Source: Lama glama (taxonomy: Eukaryota). From it: a DNA stretch of 64,000 bases. Location of the stretch: the NCBI GenBank assembly GCA_028534125.1, contig CM052816.1, positions 34,412,001 to 34,476,000 on the forward strand, given 5' to 3'. The translations under genes and the position numbers were made by a program. Below the pieces are notes generated by a model. It saw only the letters and a program-made list of their open reading frames with translations, was not told the DNA's origin and made no database searches. Positions 25,891 to 38,239 of this stretch are shown piece after piece (the stretch's first letter is position 1; each line of letters opens with the position of its first letter).

Positions 25891-26574
25891 TACAGGGCAG
25901 GAACTGTTGGGGTCACTATGTGGAAAGGACCCACCTAAGAATGATGCCCATGCAGAAGAACAGAGCTTAGAGATGAGGAGAGAGAGAGCGAGCGAGAGAG
26001 AGAGAAGTGAGTCCTGGTGACATGGTTTGGTCTGACTCTCTAACTCAACTTTGCTTGGACTCAAGTTGAGTGACTTATACGAGTTAGTTGCCTGAGTTTC
26101 ATTTTATGCTTAAGTTGATTTAAGGGGAGTCTCCTTTTCTTCTATAAGCAGTCGGCCCTGACAGATGCTGTGAGCACATTATGCTCAGAGAATAAGCCAA
26201 GGGAATGGACGTCCCTTATCTAAGGAGCAATGAGCAAGCAGCTGGCAGCTCTGCTTTCCAAATGGTCCTTTTGAACTAAGTTACAGTGTTGCTGAAGGCA
26301 GATGAGTGATCTGGACTTAGCTCCCAAGGCTGAAGCTAAGTCTATGAACTACTAATGTCACACTATTAACTGGTAATCATTCTGTTCCTGAAATTCCATC
26401 ACTGTGACAATGAAACTCATCTGAAGTCATTTAATATGAGCATGTACAGTGTACTGTCAGGGCTGGGATTGGGAGAGTGAGCACAGAGCTTAAAATCCCA
26501 ATTTCTATTATTTTGAGTGATGAGAACTGAATTCATGACCCCGGCTGGTTCCAAGGATAAGTTATATAGGCTGG

Positions 26575-29035
26575 GGCTCCTTGATGTCAGCCAGATGGTG
26601 GAATAGGAAGCTCTGAGCTCTTCCCTCCGCAGTCACACTGCTTCAACAGCAGCACATGGATCAACACCCTCTGTGAGAAATCCAGAAACTAGGTGAAAGG
26701 TTCCTAGGCCCTGGGCAGGTTCCAATCCAGCCTCACCAAAGCCAGTAGGAAAAACAGAGAATCCCCTCTCACCACAATGCCTACCTCTGGTGGAGGGCCA
26801 TATGGTCAGCCCCAAAGTCCTCCCTAAGAAGCAAAGGAGTTAGACCACACATTCAGTGTCCCAACTTTTCTGAGTGCTACCCCAGAGACTGGTTTGAATC
26901 TTGCCTGTTTCAGAGCGTTGACAGGACCTGGTATTTCCCAGTTCCTGGGGTTACAGAGAACGAAGCGGTAGTTTCAACTAGTGTGCAGGCACTCACCACA
27001 GTCCCTCCCTCCAGCTCAGCGCAGAGTGAGCAGCCAATAAACCCCAGCTTCTAGCTTCTCCCTAAGGAGGAAATGAGTTGAATAATGCTTCAAATGCTCC
27101 AGCTTTCTCCAGTGCTGCCCAAGAAACTGGCTTCTCACTTGTCTCACCTATTCTGACAGGACCTGGCATACTCTAGATGCCTGGGGGCTACTAAGAATAA
27201 AGAAAGCAGTTTGAACCAGCACAAAGGTTTGCAAGGCATCAGATTATCTGACTGGACATATTAGAGGATCTTCTGTGCAAGGTCAGCCCATAAAGACTGG
27301 GAGAAGTGGCTGTTTTATGTAATGCACAGACACCAACACAGAGAGTCAAGGAAAAATAAAGGAACAAAGAAATATGTCTGCCCACCCCTACCCCCACAAA
27401 AAATAAACCTTCAGAAACTAACCATAATGAAATATATGATTTACTTCCTAATGACATTTTTTACAGAAATATTAAAAACAATTATAAAATTCATATGAAA
27501 CCACAAAAGACTGAATAGCCAAAATGATCTTGATGGAGGAGAACAAAGCTGGAGGTATCACACTTCCTAATTTCAAAATGTAGTACAGAGCTACAACAAT
27601 TAGAATAGTATAGTATTGGCATAAAGACAAACATATAGTCCAGGAGGACAAAATAGAGATCCCAGAAATAAATCCACACATATATGGTCAACAGATCTTC
27701 ACAAGAGTACCAAGAATACTTAATGGGGAAAGAATAGCTCTTCAACAAATGGTGTTAGGAAAACTGCATTTCCACATGCAAAAGAATAAAATTGTACTGT
27801 ATCTTAAACTATACACAAAAATCAACTCAAAATGGATTAAAGACTTAAACATAAGAACTGATACTACAAAACTCCTAGGAGGTAACACAGGGGAAAATCT
27901 TCATGACATTGGTCTTGGCAATGATTTCATGGATATAAAACCAAAGTATAGGCAACTAAAACAAAAATAGACAAGTAGGACTGCATTAAACTAAACAGCT
28001 CTGCGCAGCAAAGAAACACTAGAATAAAAAGGCAACCTATGAAATGGGAGAAAATATTTATAAACCATATATCTGATAAGAGATTAATTTCCAAAATATA
28101 TAAGAATCTCAAACAACTCAATAGAAAAAAAACCCCACAAAAAAAAACCTAATAACTTGATTTAAAAATGGGCAAAGGACTTGAATAGACATGTCTCCAA
28201 AGAGGACATACAAATGGCCAACAGTATATGAAAAGGTACTCAACATTACTAATCATCAGAAAAATGCAAATCATAATCAGAAGATATCACCTCACACTCA
28301 TTAGGTGGCTATTATAAAAATATATAGATATATATGTTTTGGTGAGGATGTGGAGAAACTAGGACCCTTGTAAAGTGCTGGTGGAGATGCAAAATGGTGC
28401 AGCTACTACACAAAACAGTATAGAGGTCCCACAAAAAGTTCAGTATAGAACTACCACATGACTTAGACATTCCACTTCTCAGTATTTATCCAAAAGAAGT
28501 GAAATCAGGATAGAAGAGATATTAGCATGTTCATAATTATCATAGTACTATTCACATTAGCCAAAATGTGGAAACAATCTAAGTAGCCAAGGATGGATAA
28601 ATGAATTTTTAAATGCGGTATATACATGCAATGGAATATTAGTCAGCCTTAAAAAAGAAGGAAATCTTGTCATATGCAACAACACAGATGACTCTTGAGG
28701 ACATTATGCTAAGTGAAATAAACAAGTCACAAAAAGACAAATATTGCATGATTGCACTTATATGAAATATCTAAAACTGTCAAATTTATAAAGACTAGAA
28801 TGGTGACTGCCAGTGGCTAGGGTTGGGCAGAGGAAGTTGGGCAGTTGCTAATTGATGGGCATAAAATTTCAGTTGTGCAAGATGAATAAGTTCTAGAGAC
28901 CTGCTGTGAAACACTGGGCCTTTAGGTAACAGTACTGTATTGCAATTTCAAAAATGTGAAGCATGTAGATCTCATGTTAAGTGTTCTTTTCACAATAAAA
29001 TAAGATAAAACAGGAATTTCACCTCAAAAAGAAAA
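26575..29035 (+). mobile_element. L1MA-like LINE-1: 5'UTR/ORF1 start fused to the 3' part of ORF2, 3'UTR and A-tail
   Basis: aagatggcggaatagg-like start at ~26592. ORF2 remnant from 27451 (MTFFTEILKTIIKFI*NHKR; KINSKWIKDLNIR in ORF 27749-27970). L1MA8/9-like terminus gtagatctcatgttaagtgttct. Confidence 0.88.
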
Positions 29036-29789
29036 AGAAGCAGCAGCAGCATAGAATGGGAAGCTGGAGGCACTTGTACATTGGTGCTGACTTCAAACAA
29101 ATCCATGTTGATTACCATATTGTTTTTTCCTTTCCCTCTCACCTTTCCTTCCCTTTTTCTTCATCCCCCCCCCCAAGTTTTTGAGCCCTCTATTGTTCTA
29201 AGTGTTATGCCAATCACAAAGGTTCTGAAAATAAGCACCACAGAAGTCCACAGGCTGGGACTGGGAAGGTCATGGTGGTAGGGAGAGGGCAAGGCGGGCA
29301 TCACTATTACACTACAGTACAAAGAGTGTTGTGCTAGTGACACAAAAATGTCTGAAAAGCACAGGGAGGGAGTGATTCATTCACCATTTGTAGGGATGTA
29401 ATCAGGAATGTTTTCTACCACTCTGGGTCTCAGTATCAGGGGAGCAGTACTTCTGAAAGAATAACTTCTGTAGCTTAACCTTGGAACCTTATAATTGGTC
29501 ACATTTTCTTCTTTACTTTGACCACTATGATGCTTAGAGCCAATATAGGTCTATCTTAAAGTAACTCTAGTTCATTATGACAATCATTTCATATCTTAAC
29601 CGGATCCCTGGATTTATCTTATTTTTTTAAATGTTCTCATTTATTTTCATTCTGTTGTGCTTTGTATATTTGTATAAAATATTCCAAAGCCTTTGTAATA
29701 CAGTGTGCATGAGTAAATTATGACATATATATCTTAGAAGTAATTTTTTAGTTATTTAAAGTAAATAATATTTTTAAATGATAATTCAA

Positions 29790-31010
29790 GTATTGATCGT
29801 ATTTCTTTTATAGTAACCCTATGATTCTTTTTTAAATGAATAAAGAAATATGTACTGCCTAAAGAAATGACAAGTAATCTATAGGACAAAACAAACAGCC
29901 AAAAACCAGTATATACATTAGTTTATAATATATATCTGATATATATAATACAATATATAATACATAATATGTAATATAATACATATAATGTAACTATATA
30001 ATATATTAGACATAATGTTATATAATATATAATATAATTATAACATATAAGATATCATTAGTTTATAATAATTATTATATATAATAATAGTGTAAGATAA
30101 ATGCAGTATCATACCTTTATGGGGAAAAATGAATATTCAATAAATAGTTTAGGATAATTAGCTTACCTTGAAAAAAAAGTTTACCTTAATCAGATAAAAC
30201 TTCTGATGCTTGAAGAGTGAAATGCTGAAAATTAGCCTCAAACAAATGAGAAGAAAATGTATTTCCTATTTATCAGATCTTGATATTTGGAATATCTTTT
30301 AAGGAATTAATAAATGTAAAAATCAAAACATAAAAAGCAGTACATTGGTCATAAAATGGAAAAGTTTCTATATAAAAAATACCATAAACAATCTTAAATG
30401 GCAAACAATATACTGGGAGCTATTATTTGATATGAAATACACTAGTTCAATACATAACATCTTAAACATGCAAAGAAACAAGAAAAGGTCTAGCATGGTT
30501 ATAAAAGTGAGCCAAAGGCTGTAACAAGCAATTCAGAAAGAGAAGAAACACAAAGGGCCATTAAGTACAATACATTAACACTCTTGTCTCTATAATCGCA
30601 ATTTTTAGGATTTTACCTAAGGCAACAGCCTGTGGTGAGTCAGAGATTCATGTTATTAGGATTTGGATGGAGCATTACGTAGAATGGTAAAAAAACAGGG
30701 AATACCCTAAATGTCCAACAGTAGAGGAATAACCACATAAATTTCAAAGACGATGTAATAAAATGGGAAAAAACACATAAAACTGTTTCAAAAATAACTT
30801 TATAACACTCATAATTTTAAAATAACTTTAAAGTGCTAAAAAGAATGATTTCAAGACTAGATCTGTAAATAAACATAATAAAATGACAGGTAGTAGGACT
30901 ATACGAAATTTTTAAAGCACCTGTCTTTTTTTCTCTTAATCATCTACCATGAGTATATGTTAACTTTACAGGCAACAGCAAAATTTCTTAAATGTAAAAA
31001 AAAATTAAAT
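29790..31010 (+). mobile_element. Very old L1 (L1MC/ME-like) ORF2/3' remnant
   Basis: atattcaataaatag..ggataattag; accataaacaatcttaaatggcaaac; accctaaatgtccaacagtagagg. Confidence 0.6.
29905..30090. repeat. Degenerate (TA)n / AT-rich low-complexity tract
   Basis: Almost pure A/T with alternating TA runs. Confidence 0.9.
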
Positions 31011-31164
31011 TCATTTCCTTTGTATGCTTCACTGGTTTTCAGAGAAAAAGAAGAGAAAAACAAAATACACTCAAGAGGAGTGTATTTAAGCCTGCTGCTC
31101 CCAAAGCAACCTCAGAAAAGATGGTCCCTCAAGCTTCCATCTCTTACTCAGAAACACAGCCATT

Positions 31165-31445
31165 GAACGTGGTCTTTCGCAGCCTGGATAGAGCCGCGGC
31201 CGCCTGCAGCTGCCGCGGGAGGGGCAGGGCAGAAACAACGTTTCCTTTGCAGATGCTCAGTTCACTGGTCTTCTTGTAGGCTTTTCCAGCCAGGCCACCG
31301 CCACAGAATGAAGAGGGTCAGAGGGTGTATCTAAACCTGGTGTAACATCGGACTAGCTGCTGAGGGGCTGCAGAAACGCGGGCCTGGCCAACGGAGACGC
31401 TACGCAGAGTCCGCAGTGGGTGGGCAAAGAGCCTGTGCTTCGCCA
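31165..31445. promoter_or_regulatory. Small CpG cluster, possible enhancer or unmethylated region
   Basis: More than a dozen CpGs in ~280 bp, including GCGGCCGC, directly beside very AT-rich L1 relics. Confidence 0.4.
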
Positions 31446-34057
31446 TCTTCCAAGCCTGGCTGCCCTCTGGATTCCCCTTCCTCCCTGTCTCCTGGCTGAG
31501 TGACAATAGCAAAACTGCTGAACCTCCTGGAGTCTCAGTTTCCTCAAGTATAAAAGAGAAATTAGAATCTCAGCCTCACAGAGTTGTCAGCAGGGCTTAT
31601 AACCAGGCGAGACACACTGGTACAGATGAAGTGACTGTTAAAATTGGAACATCTTTCAGTACAGGCTGGTACATAGTCACTGCCCAGGCTTCTGCAGGGC
31701 TCCCCATGGCCCGTGCTCACACCTCCACATAACCCTCCAGCTAAGGACACAGAGGGCCCCGGGACCCTGTGCCAGCTCTGTTCCAGGGCACCCATTTGAA
31801 TTATCCAGGAGGGCACCTTATCAGTTAAGTGTTTTAAATATCATCCCTTGTTATGGGAATTAAATGTGAATGAGGTGATTCACACTGGTGAGATTACAGA
31901 CTGTCGAGATTTAGAGCTTTTTTTTTCAAGAAGCGTATACTCACAGTAGCTCACCCAGGTCCAGAGGCTATGTTTGCCCCTTGGGACCAAGGTAGCTCCC
32001 CTAAAAAGGTAAGGAAGACTTGATGACGGGGTGAAAGAGTGGTGAATGGTATGACCCAAAAGCAGCTCCCTTGGCCTTTAAGCATCGCCTACCCCAAGTT
32101 CAGAGGAGTGCGCAAGCTCAATCTTTCATTAAGCCTCATTATGTGATCACCACAAGTGACCTTCCTTAGCCTTGTTACTTGCATATGAAAAACAGAACTA
32201 GTTTTTTCACAGTAAAAATAGTTTTTCTGAAGAGAAAGTACACAGCCTTGGATTTTAATACATCATTTGAGAGTTTCTGACACTGGTAAAGTTTAAGTGT
32301 TGAACTTAAGGTCTATTCGTTTCAGGGCCGGGCGGCCAGCTCTTCAGAAAATGGAGGCTCTAAGGAAAAAAACCCTTAATTTATGATTCTGGTCTTTTCT
32401 CCAGGGCATTTTGTCCATTCCTTACAGAAAGCAGGCCTAGAACGGTCTGTTCAGGGACATTTCATGAGAGTGATCACTAATTCTGGGGACACATGTCATA
32501 ATGAACGATCAACACTCTTACCCTTCTCCAAGGCATCTTTTTTGCCCTTTTATGAGATAATATTGAGAAACCTTCTGGATACTGATAATCTAACATAAAT
32601 TTGCTAAGAAAAAATATTTTCTAAATTTTCTAGAAATAAGCACATTTTTATGATACTACAGTGAATACAACTTGCACAGAATTACTACTTTCTTGTTCTT
32701 GATGAAAACGCTACAAAAATAACATGTGATATTATATTAGGCCAGCTTCCAGGGGCGTTGTTATTTGGTTGGAGTGAGAATTACACTCTTCTGAGTATAT
32801 TCAAATAGGATAAAATTCAGATACTTCTTTTTCACATGCTAGGTTTCCTGTTAAAAACGTGACTGTCTTAACATGATGTATTCCACTCATTTTCAGCCCT
32901 CATCAAGTCCTGGAGAAAGAGAACAATCCCAATTCTTGTACCTAGGTCTATTTTGGGGGTACTGAATTTGCACACCTGCTCTACTGACTTGGAAACCTGA
33001 TACTCTGAAGGCGCCAGTGCCTCTAAAGACAATCTCATGAACTATTACTGTTCTTTTGCTCCAGGATCAAAAAACCTGAACCTCATAACCAGACTTTGGA
33101 TGAGGGCAACCTGCACTTTTCACAGGTGTTCTTGTTTGTGACAAAGGACAAAGCAAGTCTCCAAAAAGACTCACCTGCTGGCTTTTTTTGATGACTTCTA
33201 TTTCAAGGTCCTCTCCCTCTAATTAGCCTCCCCAAATGGACTGTTGAATGCATAACTAATCTTGAACTTGCTCTTTTCTCTGACTGAAGAGAAAATTGCA
33301 CTTCATTTTGTTGAGCTATGGTGCTTATGCTGCACGTTTAACAACGAGTGGTATTTTAGAATTCTACATGGCAGCAGTTCAGAGCTTCCTTGTTGGCGCT
33401 ATTAGACTGGGAATTACTGATGGTGAATATATAGACCCTCTTTCATATGCAACCTAATCAAAAAAGTTTTAAATATTTAGCTTCTTAAATTCAAATTATT
33501 TTCGAAAGTACTTTATTCTCATGTGACCCAGGAACATTTCTTTTAGGCCCCAGAGGAGAGTTGAAGGCAGCTATAACCTTTTTCACATGGCCAGTTAAAT
33601 CACTGGTAACAGTATAATGCAGTATGTTGATTTTAATATCTTCCCAGCTCTACGGTAACATCATTTTAATCTATTTCTATTATTTTCTTTTCAACAGTAA
33701 ATAAAAACACTTCCAAAAACTTTTTAGTTTGAAAAAAATGTCTGGGCGTACTTGCTTTGTATTGTTCTATCAAAGTCATTTTTTTAAAGTTTGTTTTAGT
33801 TTGTCCTTGGACTGCAAGTAAACAAGTGGAACAAAGTAAGTACCCACAAGTTGAAATACGACAAGCAAATAGGGTTCACAACATGACTCCTTTCAATGTT
33901 TGTTGCCACACTTTTGTAGCCAACAAACAACAGTGTCTCTCCTGTCTACAAGCAGACAGCGTTCCCTTGAAGCAAGTGGGACTCTGTAAAGGCCAACAGC
34001 CTAGGGTATCAGAAAAACTTCAGCTTTTCTTTCTAAGAACTATGGCCCTTACCTTTC

Positions 34058-35430
34058 TATAAGAGCCTTGAACTGAATAGAAAGAAGAAACAAAAATTAA
34101 AAATCCTTGGGTTTGGGGGTGGGGAGATAGCAACCAAGGAAATAAATTGGGAAGAGTCACACAATCGAAGAATAAAAAATGGTATAAAATAGGTGCTCTG
34201 AGGTTGACTTCACAGAAGGAGGAGACACTTATCAGGCGGAAGAGAAGAGAAAGTCCCAGACATAAGGAATCACAGAGTCGCATTGAGTGCTGAGTTACGT
34301 ACATCCGACCTCACCACCCTGCTGTACAGATCTGTCTCCACTGAATGTGAAAGGAAAGTAAGATGTGACTTGGTCTTGGTTTAGGCTGAAGCTCTAAGAC
34401 AATAGGCAGAAACTGCCCCCAGATTCCAAAATGATGCACAAGACTACTTCTGCAAGGCTTGTAAGAGACACAGTCCAAATCCATTTTTTGCCTTTCTCAA
34501 AAGAAGGGTATGAAATGATTGAAACCAAAACCTCGAAAATAGCAATTGAAGAAAAAAAAAAAGGTCTTCAGAGAGACTTGCACTGTGCTAAGTCTCATTC
34601 CCTCCTGCCTGCCCCCACACCAGTTCAGAGAGAGACTAATATTGCCCCCTCACTGATCTTAGCTCTAGGGAGGGAGCTTAAAGTTGACCACAAGTAGAAT
34701 CTACAATGTGATCTCTCATACCAGACTAGTATGTAACTTGTACCTGAGAAGTCTAGAAGTTAACTGTATGGATGAAGCTGGATGCCTACCACGTGGCTAA
34801 AGGAAAAATGGTCTATGTTTGGGGAAGATAGAGATGGACATGCACCACAAGATACCCAGGGGCTGTGAAAGGAAGCCGGTGATTTGTAAAAGCTTGCACC
34901 CCATCAAGGGAAAAGTTGGTGAGATTACCAGCAATGGGGAGGGTTTCCAAATAATCCAGGAAAATGCCTGATGACAAAGTCAACTTGAAATGTCTCCCAT
35001 AGATTGATGCCAGTCAATGATGACCTCCCCAACCTCCTTGTCCCTCCTTCTTCCCTCTTACTTTATCATGGAGTTGGAGAGGACAGCAGAGAAGAGCTGG
35101 CATAACCATGAAGCCAGCCCTATCCTGCTCACCTTGGGCTTGGGCAGGCCAAAGCTGGAGGAAGGGAGAGACTTCAACTCTGAATAAAATTTAGAGTTTT
35201 GACTGGAAATGCAGGTGATTGAACTGACACTGCTCTGCAGATTAAATGGTGTTTTTATCTCCTAAGTGTGACCAGAAAAGTCAGTGGTACCTACTCCCAT
35301 TTTACCTGGGGACAGAAAAGAACCAGCCCTTGGAGTGGGTTTGCTGCAGCAATTGTAAGAAAAAAAAATTTTTTTTAGGTTACTTTATGGTTATTCCTTA
35401 AAAATCCTGTTTTCTTACTGTAATGGTAAC
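34058..35430. mobile_element. Possible ancient long LTR relic (LTR78-like)
   Basis: ~1.37 kb purine-rich block ending ...gtaatggtaaca; resemblance to old eutherian LTRs judged by eye only. Confidence 0.3.
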
Positions 35431-37611
35431 ATAGAAATGCACATAAACATTTAAACAGGCAGGTGGAAGCAGGCTGTAAACTAACTGTACAAATGAGAAG
35501 GTATTCCAAAGATGAGCTGTAGAATTAGGAAAGACTGAAAGTTTGCTGGAGAGACAAACAAAAATCTGCATCACGCTTAGGAAAATAGAGCAATGGAACT
35601 AAAGGAGTCTCTGATAACAGCAGCTGGTTCACAGCATCTGTGTCTTTTAAAAGAAATTGTCTCTGGACTAAAATCCTAATTTTCTTTTCTTGAGGAAAAC
35701 CAAATAAGAACAATCTACTGATGTGGATTAAGCAGTTCTTAAATAAGAAGGGAGTGACATTAGAGTTGGACCACTGGTCTGCTTTGGGGCCATGTGTGCC
35801 TCCTGTGAAGTGCAGGAAATCAACTTCCTGCAAAGTAGTCACGTGTGAGTTTGGGTACCAGAACCTCACCACTAGAAGTGCGCTTTCCCTGGTTTCTTCA
35901 CATGCCATGCTGGCACCCTCTGCTGAAGTCATAGCTCTGGTTCTAAGGTCACATTTGTGACGCTTCTTCTTCACCATAGGCTTCTTCTGGTCCAGTGCTT
36001 CTTTCATTTCCCATCCCTGCCAGTGATATAGCACATGGTAGGATGTGGAGAAGTAGGGTGATATCTAAAGCTCAGCTCTCCAGACAGCTTCCTCAGCCAT
36101 TTCTAAAATCCTGTCTGGCACCATGTTAGACGCCATGCAGTGTCGTGCCAACTGTGGGGATGCTCTGAAATACATGCTAGGATTAGCCACTGTTCTGGAA
36201 CGTGTTTCTACCACACACTCCAACAAAGCACCACCCCAAGAGGGCTGGACAGCTGGGATATTCATGTCTGCTGGCTTGTGTTTCTTCTCCTTTATCCCCT
36301 CAGCTACTTCCTCAAAAAAAAAAAAAAAAAAGGAAAGACTTTCCCTGTTCCTCTCAGGTGGAAATGTCTGTTAGGGCATTTATCAGTCCTCTCTACATGA
36401 CGGCTTAAAGTAAAATTCAGTGATCCAGATTCCGTAGGCTTAGGGAAATTTTGATTTATAAAAAAGAATTTTGGCAAATTTAAATACACCCCCCCCCACT
36501 TCTCAACAAAGCCTGGATTTCAACACCGTAGTCTCACTCTGGATGTTTTAAAATATGGTTTTCCACTCACAGCCAAGAAATGACTTTTCTGTTCCAAACT
36601 CCCACGAAGTGATGAAGTCCGGTGATTTATTAAGTGCAGAGCCGCACAGCAACATGATTTCTGGGAATGCAAAAATATCAGTTTAATGTTTGCAAAAATA
36701 TTATTTCTGTGAAAAATAATCTAGACAGATCTGCCTCTTGGAAATTGGAAGGCAAGAAATAATTTATGCAAGAATAACCGTTGCATCTAAAGCCATAAAT
36801 GTAAACTGCTTAAGACCAAATATCATTGAGTTTCTCCACATTTGGGTCTCTTGCAGATGCATAGGGAGTACAGGACTGTAGAGATCATTACAGAACAATT
36901 GGTGCAATGAGAGAGGACTTCTCCTAGAAAACCAATGAGACAAGTAGGATCCGTGCTTTTACACCTTGGCCTCAATCCAGCCCTGCAGCCTATTTCCTAT
37001 TCCTCAGCAGTGTCAGTCTCCTCTTTCAACAAAGCCAGCCAACCCATGGACCTGAGATCCACTGATTGCTTTCCTATATCTGTGTCTTTGCTCTTAGAGT
37101 AGCTTCAATCGGAATGCCCCTAGTTTAGAGCTTTAAGGAGCAAATCCATGAGAGTTGAACATCAAAAGACTTGCTTCTTTCTTTTATTTCCATCAAATGA
37201 GGGAGTCTTGTGTTGTTACAAGAATGGAAGTACAATATTTAGTTAGAGTCCTTTAAAAAAATGTCGGACCATAATGGTACCTTACTTTGAGAGGAAAAGA
37301 GATGCCAATTTCCATTTGCTATAGTTTGTCTATTCTTTTCAAAAGGACATCTGGGTGGGAGCCATAAAGCTGAGTCTGGCTCTGAGGAGAGGGAAAAAAT
37401 GGGAGAATAAACACCAAGCAGGAAGCAGGGAGACTGTGGTTGTTACCATAGTGATGAGCATCCCGTCCGGATGGTGCTGTTGCCCGCTTGCGCTAGTGAG
37501 TGGGAGAAAACCACCTTCCTTCTGGACTCGTAGAGTTGAGGACAGAAAAATCTGAGCTGACCAATTTAACTTTCTACTTGAGAGCTTAAATTGTATCTCT
37601 ACAGATATAGC

Positions 37612-37865
37612 CAATGTTTATTAAGCACCAACTAAGTGGTTGGCAGTGTGCTGCGTGTATTAGAGGAGTTGATGTATGTAAACCCACAAAGTTAGGAACA
37701 AACATCCCTGTTTTAAATATGAAGAAAAAAGTTTCAAAAGGGTAAACAATTTGTTATTCACTAACCTAGCTAGTAAAAGGGCAGGGCTAAGATTTAAATC
37801 CAGATCTATGATTTAATCCATTCAAATTTCAACATAAACCTATTTCCACCAAGCCACAACTACAC
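37612..37865 (-). mobile_element. MIR
   Basis: aatgtttattaagcaccaactaagtg..ccctgttttaaatatgaagaaa..gatttaaatccagatct. Confidence 0.65.
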
Positions 37866-38239
37866 TGTCAAACTACACATGACATGGCAGGAAAATTGTG
37901 TCCATTTGAATAATGCAAACTTAGGGATTCCATGGTCACCCCAAGCTTCAACATTTTACAGTTTTCCTTGTCTTGCAAGCTTTCTGGAAAAATAATAGAT
38001 GTAACAGCTTTTTTTTTTTTCATTTAAAACTGAAATGGTTTTCTGATAACAAATTAATTAATTGATCAAGAAATAATCCTAAGTGGCAGCTTTCAATGTA
38101 TTTTGCATTAATGTGACAGTAGCAACGATTTACTGGCTGTAAACATCATCTTCTAGATATGCAAAGTCATGGAATTATCTCATTTGTGCTTTTTCATCCA
38201 AAATAGGGGAACTTTTGACTTTTCGACAACAATCACATG

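Noticed and set aside
27749..27970. 73-aa ORF containing KINSKWIKDLNIR
   Set aside because: Remnant of L1 ORF2 surrounded by stops and frameshifts; not a host gene or an active element.
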